Source: Balanoglossus misakiensis
Lineage: Eukaryota > Animalia > Hemichordata
NCBI GenBank assembly: GCA_040954595.2
Contig: CM082580.2
Location: forward strand, 10,270,390-10,334,389
DNA length: 64,000 bases
Reading direction: 5' to 3'
The notes under the pieces were generated by a model that saw only the letters and a program-made list of their open reading frames with translations, had not been told where the DNA came from and did no database searches. Each line of letters starts with the position of its first letter. Within the stretch, counting starts at the first letter, position 1. Positions 50,801-64,000 of the stretch are shown here, one piece after another. The translations under genes were made by a program, and so were the position numbers.

Positions 50801-53800
50801 CACCCTTTTCAGGGTCTTGTTACTATAGGGAGATCTTTACCGGTTGGGAATCAATTCTTTTACAAGAGGGAATCAGTCTCATCACCTGGGCAACAAGAAG
50901 CTGCTCTACTCATCAGAAAATACTGACTTCTTTACAATACTGAGTCCCCTACCGGTACATTGATTTCCATCGACTCTCCCACTCCGTGAATGAATCACAA
51001 CGTTTCTAGGGCGAAATGTTTCTAGGGCAATAGCATGTGGTCCCTTCTGGATAACCTCACAAGACAAAGACCATTATGATTTTTATCAACTCATTGTTTT
51101 TCCATGGTGGATTTAACAAGGAATATTAAGGTTAAATTGAACTGGGAATGTACTGCACAAGTAATACAGCCTGTATAATTTCTATGCCAATCACACACAA
51201 ACCTGACCTGGTCTATACACTCAAGTTACTGTAAGCAAGCAATACAATATCTCCATTGTTTTACAGCTCTGGAACGCAGGCAACACTGAATTGAATTCGG
51301 TTACATGTTAAATCCCTCACGGGACTCCAAGGTTTTTATCGGCACAACTGGTGGATGTCGGACACAACTTTCAGACATTTAAAAGAGTCACGTAAAATAC
51401 TGAGTTGCTATTCATAAAGTTCAATTCTTCTCTTCCCAAAATTTGGCTTGCTTTACATTTTTTGCAATTTTTTATAGTTATCGCAAGATTTTGTTTTGTA
51501 TTAAGTTTCAGTATAAGCATGGCAATTAAGGGGAAGTCAAGTTAATCCTTTTAATTCCCCCAAGTAATCGAAACCCAAAAATTAGCATTCCATCACTGTC
51601 TATCCTCAGATTCACTAGCAAAATATTTCATTAATTCTTAATCCACCTCATGAATAAACAGTCACGGATACTGACAATGTTTGCTGTTTTACAGTTCACA
51701 CTGGCCGCTAGCTGTGGAGCCAACTACATGGCTCCCAAATCAGCCTCCATCCGGCACTTCCCGAAGTAAATGACACCTATAAATACACCAATACTAGACA
51801 ACCCTTACCCTTTCAGTCACACGGCATACTAGGCCAAGTATTTTGTCTGCTGGACAGAAACCCCATGGGGGCAGGTCGTGATGTATGGGCATTTTATATT
51901 ACATTACAACTAATAGAATGCGTGCCATGCTGTACATACAAAAGCAGACAATTAAATGGCATGTTTCAATAAACAGGCTACATAAAGTGTATTATTCCAA
52001 TGTTTGTCTTTGAAAAATGAAAAAATGTGGTTCGGGTTTCAAATGCAAACAATGATTGTTCTTCTGACTTACCTCAGCAGGACTGCATGGTCAGAACCAT
52101 AAGCACCAACCAAAATATCTGGAAATGAAAGAAGAAATTTAGATTTTATATCCTGTCACTAATCTTAATCAAACTGTTCATGTCATATACAATTACTTTT
52201 CTGCATCAGACATCACTTCCTGACTTTATTTTGGTCATCAGAGAATTAAAGGGACAACAGTTGTAACTTTCGATAATTATAGTCTGGTACAGCTTGAGTT
52301 CCCATATAACAGACATGAATAGATCTGCAGAGGAAATAACGCTAAAACCTGTGACGTCAAAGTCACTGTTAAATTTATCTTGAAATTGCATTGCCGATAA
52401 CTGTACCGGTATAATAGAACTTCCCATCCAGTCATTCATAGTATTTCACTTTCTCGGAAAGAATCACAGCTGTCTGCTAATACAGTGTGATGCTAAAATT
52501 AGAGCTAGACACAGCTTCCCATTCCCGCTTCCACAAATAGAAGATAAAGGGAGCAGAGCAGAAACATTAACGAGAAAGTGAAAACTGGAAGTGAGCTCTT
52601 ATAAATTTAAAACTGATGAACAACTAATACATACAAACATTAGTGACTATTAGTCTTAGATCGGAATGTGTTATTCATAAAACATTGCTACGGTAATCAT
52701 CGTTTTTTCTTTAGTACAAGATGCATCACCATGGAAACCAATGATTACCTGGATACTGGTTGTCGTCCATATCTAATCCACCGGCCAGTGAAGCCCCGAA
52801 GGTTGACAGCTCTTGGTTGATATCAGATGGTGTAATGACCTGTCAGATAGGGAGAGCAGAAAGATTAAAGAAATTAGTCGTGATTACATCGGTCTATCTC
52901 TAGTGCTCTGTATTTCGACCATTCAGGCACAATTCGCTTCAAGGATCAAGAAAACACTCGTTAACACTGAATGCTTCCTCAGAGAGAAGAGCACTCAAAA
53001 AGTGTACTGTCTTCGACATCACAAGATTTCAAAGCTCTTCCAAGTCAACTTTCAAAAGCATTGATAAGCTAATACAATGTAACTTGCAACTTTGCAAAAC
53101 ATACTGGTCCATAAACATTTAATGGAATACATTTTATGTCTGGGAAGGAAACACGACCCATATTTTGGTCACTGGGAGAAGCATTTATAGACACACCCTA
53201 AAGTCTTTACATTGTAAACTATTGTTGAAACCAAAATTCTTGTATCATTTAATACTCGGTGAACCCAAGACACTGTAGGTTCATTTGACAGGGCTGGATA
53301 GTACAGAGCACCATTTATTCATTTTTAATGGTCGGCTATAAAAACCACCAAAGAAGACATGAAGGACACTTCTCTATGCTAACTCCAGACAACCATTAAC
53401 ATCAAACAGATTTATTGTTGACATCAATTTGATTTTACACAAAAAGATGATATTACATATGTCATGTATGTCTGCATATGATACCCAGCACCTGCATGTC
53501 ATTTTTGCAACATAGTATAATTGTATAGTTTCAATGACTTTTGGCATTACAGACAGTGACCTCATTAATCGGCACACACACACACTTCCCTACAAGGCTG
53601 GCCACTGTCACTAAGCAGGGGGTCCAAATGAAAGCACAGCTACATGCATCCACCCACCCACAAGCCTGATGATTCACTTTTGCAGGAACCAGGGTTCCCC
53701 TTGTGGTAGCCCACTCAGTGTAAACAAATCGCGCATTCATTGCCAACCAAGCATCCCATCACTGCCAAGAGGCCAAAATAACAAGATTCCTTCATTGACA

Positions 53801-56800
53801 CAAATTCAGCAATCCTGGGTATGCCCTTTTCTCTCAATTAGATGCCTGACATGCAACAAGGGACGAAGTGCCTGGAGGCTGGATCAACTAGCTACTGTCA
53901 ATGACCACGAACTGTTGAACAGTAATGACTTCAATACCTGAGACGGCTGTGTTCTGATTCTGTTTTCACCTCCATGATATATGTAAACAGCACCATTGCC
54001 ATCGATGCCGTCGTAAGGTGCTCCAACAGCAAAATCTAGTCAAGGGGAGAGAAAATAAAATTACATGCCACAGCCAAGAAAGGGAAACATTTACCAATGT
54101 AAATGGCACAACCGTCATAGTGACTGTTGTATTACATTATAAAAGTTATGACTGCTGAAAATAAAACAGTTACTACTACGATTGCAAATTTGTTAGATTA
54201 TTGAAAGGTACATGTATCTCTCTATTAGCTTTGAGTTGTCATTTCGAGTATGCTATCAAGTGGAAGGGACGAGTCATGGGACCACTTTTTCGGTTTTAAC
54301 AGAGCTGTGCAGGTCCCTCCTATGAGCAGATTCAAACCAGGATGCGAGAATACCAGGATGTAAGTAAAGAAACGTCGTGGGATGGGGGATTACTCCGAAG
54401 TCTCTCAGCACATGATTCCGATTTTTCACCAGATGGATATAACTCTCTCGTTGTTGGGGATAACGACTAAATCCCGCTGCTTTCAGCAGTCAAAAAGGCA
54501 GTCGAGGAAAATTTACAGCTCTGGAGATCGAGCTGTGCCTCGATCCTGCCGACAGGAAAAGCAAGCTTATACAGCCACCTGCTCAGTTTTCAAAGGTTCT
54601 GGATATGCTCGGATTGAAAATATCCAGTCACTTGCTGGTTGGCGCTGTGCATTAGTTCTGCGCCGTCCAAGCTGCTGACGGGTGGAGGACACAAGGTACA
54701 AGATACAAGAGGGTCTTGTGGCCTGGCACTTACCGTTATACGAGTCTTGATTTACATCTCCAATGGCAGCAACATCGTACCCGAATCTTCCACCGCTGTA
54801 CAAACCAGTGAGCTTGATGGCTTCACCAAAGCCATACTAAGATCAGAAAAAAAAGAAATAAATTAATTGTTAGCATGCCCATAAAAAAAATCAAGTTCAT
54901 TATAAATCATAAATTAAAAGAAATGGCAATATATACTTTTAACTCTGCTAATTGTACATCCTGAAAAGTTTTTATTTTTCACAATCATAAAACCAATTTC
55001 GACTAATTATTCATTCACATCCCCATCATTCCACTCATTTACACAGTTGCTAAGCAACCAGTCAATTTCGCCCCTGGCTTACACACTTCCCCAGCCGTTA
55101 AAACGACGCCTTTGCACAACATTTGGCTTGACCCCTTCAGAAATGAAACATCCACCAGACGGGGCGGGTGGATAAGCTAATAGCGCTAATAATGGCTGAC
55201 AGGAAGCTGTTCACTGGGAGTATCCTGACTCTCTGTGCTTCATATTAATACACAAGAAATTCTATCTGACACAAACCATCTTGAAAAGGTCGTTGGACCC
55301 AACAGCAAACTGGGGCAAAGTTTACCCGGCCCTTGGAAACCATCAGAGGCCAAGTTTGTTTAATTGTTCTTATGTTTTACCTACTTTGATTAAAAATTTG
55401 ATTTAATACCCTATGTCAACACGAACTCATGTGAAAACTGGGTATTTTATCATGCTGTTTGGAGAAGAGAAAAAAACTGCATTTTGTACACGGAAGAAAA
55501 ATAAAGCCAAAAGTTACCGTTATGTCCATTTAAATTCTGAAAAGCCCATTTTCAAAGAGAACACCTGCAGGGCAGTATAAGTGCAATCATTTCCACTCTT
55601 TGCAATTCCACTTTTTGTTGCTGCCATTAGATATTGTCCTCTCCTGTTTTAGTGGCATGAATAAATCATGTGCATGATTTTGACTGTAATTACAATTCAA
55701 TTTCTCCACTGCTGTGAGTGTGTGTGTGTTTTATTGTGCATTTCGATGGTTATCAGTTTCAGATCATTTTTTTGAAAATATGAAATGAGAATGTCAATAG
55801 TGTGTTTTATATCCATACATATCTGGAATCTGTAAATTATGTGGAAAATTTTAAGATTCTGGCTCTCACGTGTGTGTGCGGCATGAGGTGTTCGTCCAAG
55901 CATATAGCTTTCTCTCTCACACACTAATGAGCTAGTCTGTCAAATGACACAGAAAAAATCTCTCAACCACTCTTATGATCAAGATATAATCTGCAGATTT
56001 CTTCTTCACATTGCATTTCGAATACAGAAAGTAATTTTCATTGCAAGATTCAACCGCTAATGACGTTTGAGTTGGGGTTTTTTGTTATCATCTGAAAATC
56101 AGAGCACAATGAGATGAGAAGAAGACTCATCAGAGAAACCGGGCGTACTAATGCAGCTATTAGCCTTTCTGAAGAAGATTACTTTTTCAACCTGTGCTAT
56201 TTTCAGCAACGGTAGTTAAGTTTATCTCTCTATGTGTAAATTTGTAAAATCCTGTACTATCTATACTCACATACCAATATCAGAAATTTCAGTCAAAGTA
56301 TCCCCCCGATAAAATGAAAATTCAAAACTCACATTCGCATCTTGGTAAAAGACGTAGACTCTTCCAGCTTCCCACTTCTCATTTGCGCTTTCCCTGTCCG
56401 AGTAATAAGGAGCTCCAACGATAATATCATCATACCTGTCGATATACACACACAAAAACAAATACTCACCCCTGTTTATCTTGGCATTATCTCACCCTTA
56501 GGTTTGATAGTAGAAAACATACATTTTGATATGTTTCAAAATTACATCAGTGTTTAATTTTTTATGCTATAAAGCTTTGACAATCTAAAGTGTCTTCTGT
56601 CGCTACACTTACCCATCCTTGTTGAGATCAGTGGCGGCCACAGCATGACCGAAATAAGAACCAAGCTGTTCCCCACGTAAAGTTGCAAACGATCTGTGGA
56701 ACGGGCTGTCAGCGTCGTAAACATGGACCTGTGAAAAGTACAATACACGATGGACAATTGTTGAAAACAAAAGAATGAAATATTTTACTTTTTTCCTTCA

Positions 56801-59800
56801 ATTTCCAATCTTTGTTCCATGTAGCTGTGTACTTACCATCCCTTTCAAGTCATCTCCCCTTGGCACACCAACCACATAATCCATTCTATAATCGCTTGTA
56901 AAATGCCCAAGTGCCACAGAGTATCCTGAAAACATACACAAACAGAGAAATAAATTGGTTTATTATTTTCAGATTTTCACAAAGCAGAACTCCAATGATT
57001 TCCCTCACCCATGCAGACACAAAACCAGCATCCCTCCCCCGCACTGCATCTTGGTACAAACCGACCCAGTTTTAAATTCTCTGAGAACAGCCCTAATTAT
57101 AGCTTAATTGAAGATGAAATAATGGTTCCATTACGGATACTCAGTCATGTTGGCTCGTTTTAATGGATGGATCATCTGAACAAGATATATAAGACCCGAC
57201 TTCTCGCGATATCATCATACTTATTTCCTTCCCATTCTTAGCTTTTAATGACTAATAGTTTTAAATTACAGTGGCAATTTTTATGGCTTGAATAACGTGG
57301 CAAATGAGGAAAAAAAATCAGGGATACTTCGAGAAATAGAAAATTTATCGTTCGAAGTCTGCCAGGCTCAAAATGGCTACTTATTAATCAGAATGGGGTT
57401 ATTTTCCTGGTGAGCGCGGATTCACTGAATTGCTGTTAGTATATTCATGCACATAGCTAATATACGATGGACGTCACAAAATTCCAGAAAGAAAGTGCAA
57501 TTTAAGTGCTGTTGAACCAAGTCAAGGGACCACCAATGCAGTAGTCAAACTGTTCTTACATCCACTGATAAAAGCAAAGTATTTGTCAGCAAAGTTTTTC
57601 TGAGTACAATGTCTGTTGGAAGATTGATTGCCTCTCGCTGTTTCAGTCCTAGGTTTTTATTAAAGAACCAAAACGACGCATTTCTGTACATATAAATTAA
57701 CAGCAACAAAGCTTTTTTGCTTCTTTATAACTTGAGTACATGAAAAGTGTACTTCAGCTGTGTTACATATTATAACACAGCTGATTTACTCTCTGCAGAC
57801 ACGCAATGACATGAAAGGCCAGGCAATCTTTCTAACACGGCTAAGATTACATCACGTTGCACACAAATGTACACAACAATATTGGTATGTCTGACCAACG
57901 ACCCATGACTTTTGAACTGCCATACACTTATATAATATTACAACAGTTGGCCAGCGTCAGACCTTAATGAGAGATCAGACCGTTATTGACACACATGGCT
58001 TGTGAGCTAAACATAGCAACTTCATCATTACCCAGGCCGATGGAAAGTAGTTGACAACGCAAGGTTCCTCGGCCTCCATATGACAAATCAGCCTGCAGAG
58101 CTAAAAGTTCATGCCAAAACAATGTTACATGAATTCCAATCCAAATTTGGACTCAAAACAAGAAATTTTGAAAGCACGGCCAGTCAAACTCAGCTACCAA
58201 CAGACGATGACATTTCGCTATTTTCAACAATCATGACATCTAAAAGTTTATATTCTCATGAGCGGTCGGTCCTTCTCATATCCATGCAAACAGCTGCAGC
58301 TTTATCTGCCTATCGCAAACTTGATTTGATTAATTAAGTTTTCTTACTGCACAGGCAGCATTCACTCTTTCACCTTGCTTATTTATGTACAAAACACTCT
58401 ATGTAAATACATAATTGGAACTGTCCTGTGTATATTTTTAGAAGCCAACAAAATTTATTGAATGAAAATGATTTAGTCAGGGTATTTTTCCTGCCTGAAA
58501 CAACAGATGAACAAACATCTCGGTACAGCATGATGCTGATTTCACCTAAGCAACACAAAGTTCAACAGAGGACAGTCATAAACTCCACCCACCAGGCTCT
58601 GCGTCTAAGATCACACTGGAGAACGAGCATTACCATGGCAACAATGAGTATAGGAATGAATCGAACTCCCCTGGTACTGATAGCATCTAAAACTCGAGAC
58701 GTACAATAATGTAAGGAGAAAACTCCTGATTCAAGCAGCAACACTGTCTACCACTGGGTTTTATCTGTCTGAATTACAGTTCAAGAGGCAAGGACTCCAC
58801 CCCGAGGGCGAATTCTGTCTCATACACAGTGTCTCCTGACAAGATATGCACACAGGATGATGTCTTTGCTCGAGATGTGCAACTGGAATGTCACGGCCGG
58901 CCGTGGGTCGTCGGATTTATTGGCAGCATAGCCAAAGCATTACGTGTACAACTCTTTCCACCAGCCATGTCTCACACGGACGATATTTATAGATTATGGT
59001 GCAGATTATGATACAGAAGTACAGTCAGTTGAAAGGCACAGTGACTCATATTTCTGCTCAGAGGGCAACGAGAAAAATATCCTCGGCAATCTAGTCTGCC
59101 AAAGTTAAACCCACAGAAAGCAAACACCAGATTTGTGGAACCTACAAGTATATGTATTAAACTGTGGCCCATGTTTTCTTTTACAACTTACCTAAATATT
59201 GATAGTCATCTGTCTGGGGTCTCTCTGGGGTGAAAGAGTGAGAGCGACTGAGGAGATTTTCTTGATGAAGTTGGCCTGTGGAATAGAATGAGGTACAGAG
59301 TTAAAAAAAGCTTGATAATCAGATCTGCCAAGTTATTTGGATTTGCTGTTATTCAGTGTTAAAAACAATTTCTTCATATTATCTTCACTAATATTCTTGA
59401 TAAAAAAACAATCTGTTCAATATGATCAGTGGTAGACCTACCTTGCCAATAGTAACTGCCAGGACTACCAATGACTAAAAAATCTTTTGTCTGCAGAAAA
59501 GGAAAATTAGACAGAAATTGAGTCAGTATGGCATATGCAGCTGAAAACTAATAACGCAAACATTTGTTTGACTACTGGTGCAATATCTACATTATGCACT
59601 CAGGTAGCCAAATAACACTGTTTTTACTGTAACACTGTATTACACTGTATTTTCAAATAACTCTCTACTTACCGGTGTAATATCTGCACTATATCCGGCT
59701 TGACAACGACCCAGTGCGTTCCATTTTACATTTGCTGTAAAATAATTGTTTTTCAAATTTAGTTTACCCAGATTCTGCAAAGTTTTAGCAACCAAGCAAC

Positions 59801-62800
59801 AAACTTGATAACACTGGCGATGTTTAACTTTTATTGCAGGTACATAACCATAAAGGATGCATTTAGAATACTTATTTATTCACCTAAAAATTTAATATTG
59901 ACTATTTTGCAATAAAGTTCACCACTGCATTCTTTGGGTCAACGCTAACCTTTGACTTTAATTTTTATATTTGCAAAATATCTGATGAATAACACCAAAG
60001 ATATTTCAGGCGAGAAAACTCAAGTCAGCCTGGGTAGAAACCCAGTAAAATAATCTGGCACCTAAAATATACTGTTGGAAGAGGATCATGTTTTATCAAC
60101 TGACTGACTCAACATTAATAATATTTAGCTGAGGAATGCCTGACTTGAAGTGTGTTTTACTAATACTGACGTAAACAGGCCTGTTCCAGCCAGCAAAGAA
60201 GCTGTTGTTGAGTTTATAAACTTTTACAGGAAAATGATTCCGTCGTCTAAGTGTTTGGACTAGTCTACTCCATGGTGACAATATGTCTCGGGATAAACTG
60301 AATATAACAAATCTGTACAACCTTAAAATGCACACAACCGACTAATCCAAAGGTTTTACGATAGTCATTTTTGGTCATTTTCATATATTAAGTAAAATAC
60401 GTTCACTGATTAGTAATGACTGATTGTCTGTCTTCGTGAGGAAAACTGAAGAGCCACTCTAATATTCTGCAACATGAATGTGATCAAAAATTGAAGGGTT
60501 AAAATGGACTCCCAGAGCGAGGTTAATATTTGCGTCGCGAAACCAGAACCACAAGTGAATCGGTGATGAGGAAATGAAGCCCTGGGAAATGCTGTAAATG
60601 TATGCTTTTACGATGAATAATTGACGAGGTGACAACCATTTGCCAGCAATGGTAATAGAGTAGGGACAAAGTCTCAAGACGCAGTCTTGCATGCACGCTC
60701 GCTCGCTCACAAACGTCGGCACATTTTCTACGTCCAAATAGCCCTAATGGGAGAATCACGACTTTGTTTTCACGTTCTGAGCACCAAATGTCTTTAAAAA
60801 GTCATTAACCTCTTAACCGTAACCCTCAGCTTCGTTTTAATGGGCTCGAAATCTTTCTGTATATCAAGGCAGGTGTTGATCATTTTTTACCCTAAAAGTG
60901 TGTAACCCGCCAGATGGATGGTAAGCACATAACCAGATTGTCACTCACTTTATCACACTGGACGCATCGTAGAATTGATTTTACCACTGTTACATGTTTA
61001 AGGATGTCCACACACTACGAGTGCGTGGAATATCTCTACCCATAGGATTACATTAAGAATGGCTAGAAAACCAACCACGCAAATGAAGTACTTATACCAG
61101 TAAGATTGATATACCATTTACCATAATCAAAATGTACAAAACTAATGTAATGATTAGACACATGTGATAACTATAGTCTGTAAATTCATAATAATCACAA
61201 TCTACGTACCTTCATCTCTTTTACAAGGTGAATAATTCCTGGAGCCACTAAAGTCAGCCCTTGTAGTAAAGCAATTTCCAACTGGTTCAATTTTGTCAAA
61301 ACCCTCAGTAAAATATGTATACCTAGGAGCACATGCCTGTAAAAGGAGATATTTAAAATTTATCTGATTTTGCAGGAATTAATAATTTGTTGAGATTTTC
61401 CTGCCTTTTATAAAAACATGTTTCCAAACCACTCCTACTTGTTTCACTTGACCCTAACTGACCTCGTTTACTATTAAGGCAAAACATCTCAAAGAGATGT
61501 GTTTATTACAATTAGAATACCGAAACAAACAAAAACATTTGTGAGCTCTCAACGCAGACTTTGCAAGTGTTTAGTGAAATTCATATGATTAATTTCTTAC
61601 CACAATTAAACCATCTTGTCCAGAGCTTTTGACAGTGGCCCCAAACCACTGAAAGGATTTCTCTTCTATGGGATCATACCTGTTTGTAAATGGGTTCAAT
61701 CTAACCTCATTACCTGAGAAGAATGAAAAAAAAGTACAAACAGTGATTTTCATGTCTAGATTAGTATTTCATAGGGTTCAATGTCAGTACATGGAACTTG
61801 GAAGATGCAAGCATCGACTCCCTCCATACACCAGCATTCAGCGCTACAATTTGACAGCAATGTTTATGTGAACTTCGAACTTGGACAGCCATATTGTTCT
61901 ATTTCCAGGTTGAAATAATGTATCCATTTAAAGTTAAATGTTAAGTTATCATATGTCACTGAACCATTTTAAAATATTGAAAACATTCTGCAATATTGAA
62001 AGAACGGGCTGGAACGTGGGTTGGGCTTAATTTGAGCTCAGAACTTGGTACATTGCTTCTCTTACTATTGCCCATTCGATCATGTGTAATTTCGACAGCT
62101 CCATTACTCCCAACCTACACCCAGCCAACATTAAAACGAAAATACGCAACCATGTTCAATTCTACACGGTTTTGCTAGGTTTCCCGGTTACCTGAATGGA
62201 CAGCAATAGAGAATGCTGAAAACTACATGTACTTCAAACGAGTAAAAAGATGAAAAACTACATAAAAACTACAGTAAGTCGATCGAGACCCATAACCTCC
62301 GCGTCCTGTTCATATATTTCATGGCGGCACTGTGACGTCACACAACTCTTAGCCAATCAGCGATGATCAATGTACAAGCAAAACTTTTGCGTGTTTGTGA
62401 CAAGTATCACAAATTTCTTGGTCAAAACAGTTTTAAATCAAAAGGGATATCTATGATTTTCATTCCTAAATCTGTAAAGCATATATATATTGGTGGACTT
62501 CCGATCGTTCGCTGAGTTCCATTAGTATACAGTAGCTATGAAAAGTCTGCGGGGGTATTTTTTCACATCCACGGTGTAGCAAACTACTGGCTGTGTGAGA
62601 GTCTAAATAGAACACACCTTGCGGCGACCACAAGTTTATTTACAGAAACCAGGTTACAACATGGGTCGCCCACGTGTCTGAAGCACGTCAGCGGCGGAAA
62701 ACCTGACCAGAATGTTTCCTGTATTATTGTTGTGACCTGGGGAGGTGTGACTGACGATACTCCGCTGCACAACACTGAGACAGTCGAGAAAATAAACAAA

Positions 62801-63743
62801 AAGGTGGGAAGGTTTCTGACCTTGTGTGGGAGTCGGTCACACCATGGTCACACCATCGTGAACTGAAGAGCGAATGAAAAGCGCGTAAGTAAGCGTCCCG
62901 GGACGTCGTATATTGGTGTTTAAATTTAGCCTGCGGTCACTTTTTCAGTTTGTTCTCGACGTGGGATATTTTTGGAACTAACCCGGTCGAGTGTCAGGTC
63001 CGACAGGGTCACATTCCAGACCAATCTAGCCATGCTGTTACTCATATCAATTTGACGTGAACGGTGAACCCAAATCCCCCCGCGCACCGTGCAAAAAAAC
63101 TATGACACGCCGTCAGAAAACGTCACGGTTCAGCTCTATAAACGCCAAATATTTGTTCCGGCAGCAATAATTTCACGCATTGGTCAGATCATACTAGCGT
63201 GGCGAAACTCCACCATCTATGGTTACATGGAATTACGACGTCATTCAACGCGTTTAGCGCAGCTTATGCGGTGTTGCCAACACATCAGTTCAGTTCTTTC
63301 AACAGACTCGACTTGACGTGAAAATCAAGTCTCGAAATGTATAGTCAACAAACAACTGTTACATCATAATACTATTAGTAATACTAGTAGTAGTCCCAAA
63401 ACAAGTGTAGAAACGCATTTGATTCGTTTTGTTTTGCCTACATTTACTGTCTACTTAATATTACGACTTTTCTCAACTGACCACACCTACACGAGTCGAC
63501 CATGGGAGCAGTTGATATTTTGCGCAATTGTTTCATTGACTTCTCACTCAATTCTGGTCCGTGAAAATTACAATCTACTGTCAATAAAATTCCAAAATAA
63601 GGGAATACAAACCTCCATCATCAAATTTGATTTCCTCACAATCTTCGTCGTCGCTGTTGATATCGACAAGACACCTGAAGACGGCCCCGCCCTGCGTTAC
63701 TTCGTACTGGGCCGTCTGGGCTTTCGGGGCTCCAACAAGCATC
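35711..63743 (-). CDS. ITGA: Integrin alpha subunit, RGD-binding alphaV/alpha5/alpha8/PS2-like, no alphaI domain; 5'-partial, 29 exons, ~999 aa in window
   Basis: Phase-consistent exons: 63613-63743, 61601-61713, 61210-61336, 59673-59734, 59442-59490, 59192-59275, 56837-56925, 56613-56728, 56333-56435, 54734-54836, 53938-54035, 52749-52839, 52073-52118, 47430-47534, 46466-46521, 42453-42601, 41662-41787, 40395-40462, 40016-40166, 39697-39786, 38472-38551, 38233-38322, 37936-38041, 37520-37681, 37238-37345, 36941-37057, 36286-36387, 36019-36144, 35711-35863. Motifs: FG-GAP repeats (LVGAPKA, QWFGATV, ACAPRY, CQAGYS, GSPGSYYWQG), Ca2+ loops (DLNKDGYDD, DVNQDSYND, DMDDNQYPD), genu CGPDRICVPDL, furin site RHRR, a TM helix and KTGFFKR. 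Confidence 0.96.
36019..36144 (-). CDS. Integrin alpha transmembrane exon
   Basis: Encodes VPIWVIIVAIICGLLILALIIFVLWK; donor AAG|GTAGGT. Confidence 0.95.
36590..36751. mobile_element. Tc1/mariner (pogo/Tigger-type) MITE
   Basis: TIR CAGTCAAACCTGT...ACAGGTTTGACTG, TA on both flanks (36588-89, 36752-53), and internal TATAGACAGGT-type subterminal repeats. Confidence 0.8.
38643..38737. repeat. Perfect 39-bp inverted repeat (hairpin, 17-nt loop)
   Basis: AGCCGTATTTTGTCCGCTTTGCTTCCAAAACTAATAGTT at 38643-38681 and its exact reverse complement at 38699-38737. Confidence 0.9.
42318..42420. repeat. CT-rich low-complexity tract
   Basis: Degenerate (CT)n with poly-C; a similar tract lies at ~43178-43270. 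Confidence 0.8.
52073..63743 (-). CDS. Integrin alpha beta-propeller exons (FG-GAP repeats)
   Basis: 13 small exons encoding the propeller blades, ending ...DILVGAYGSDHAVLLR and continuing to SRPVV in the next exon. Confidence 0.92.
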
Positions 63744-64000
63744 CTGTGAAAACACACACAAGTTACAGATAAAAAGAAAACTTTGCCTTGCATCGCATCT
63801 TCACTTGCTGCTTCAGTTTGCACACGTTGCAAGCTAGCAGCGATCGAGTTTTACCCGGCGATTGAGTTGCCATAACAACCGCGTCTCGTCGTTCATGGAG
63901 TTGCGCTCACGTTTGCCGAGGGTTTCACGTTGATGCATCGATGTGGATGGTTGATGTATGTCACGTCTTGTTGCATTATTGCCCGAGTACTGTAATTGGG

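Noticed and set aside
50780-51030. Short recurring TTTAC..GGGAATCA and GTTTCTAGGGC motifs resembling an array
   Set aside because: Few, irregular and degenerate copies in a eukaryotic intron; not CRISPR-like.
58032-58092. Possible alternative or poison exon (CAG|GCTGA...TGG|GTAATG) near where other integrins have alternative ligand-loop exons
   Set aside because: No similarity to the neighbouring exon, an immediate stop in the required phase, and such splice-like pairs arise by chance.
1-64000. Prokaryotic-type systems, structural RNA genes or autonomous transposons
   Set aside because: The window is explained by two spliced eukaryotic genes plus introns. No transposase, reverse transcriptase, tRNA or rRNA signature was recognised by eye, though small ncRNAs could be missed without a covariance-model search.

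Overview
Intron-rich metazoan genomic DNA, probably an invertebrate; the taxon cannot be fixed from sequence alone. It holds two tandem minus-strand protein-coding genes, each running off one end of the window. (1) An integrin alpha subunit of the RGD-binding alphaV/alpha5/alpha8/PS2 type with no alphaI domain: 29 phase-consistent GT-AG exons from 63743 to the stop at 35711, about 999 aa, with the signal-peptide exon beyond 64000, then a ~2 kb 3'UTR. (2) About 440 bp past the integrin poly(A) signal, an AKAP9/pericentrin-family coiled-coil gene: ATG at 33225, 17 phase-consistent exons down to 852, about 2809 aa, including giant exons of 3516 and 2553 nt; the PACT domain would lie beyond position 1. 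Introns carry several MITEs and hairpins, microsatellites, and many RFX X-box-like and TACATGTA motifs. I found no rRNA, tRNA, CRISPR array or intact transposase, and no demonstrably novel system. The best leads are a possibly modular AKAP9-like/PCNT-like exon architecture around an 11.9 kb intron, a fold-back element with head-to-head telomeric repeats, and a duplicated integrin C-terminus. All protein similarities are recalled from memory, not computed.
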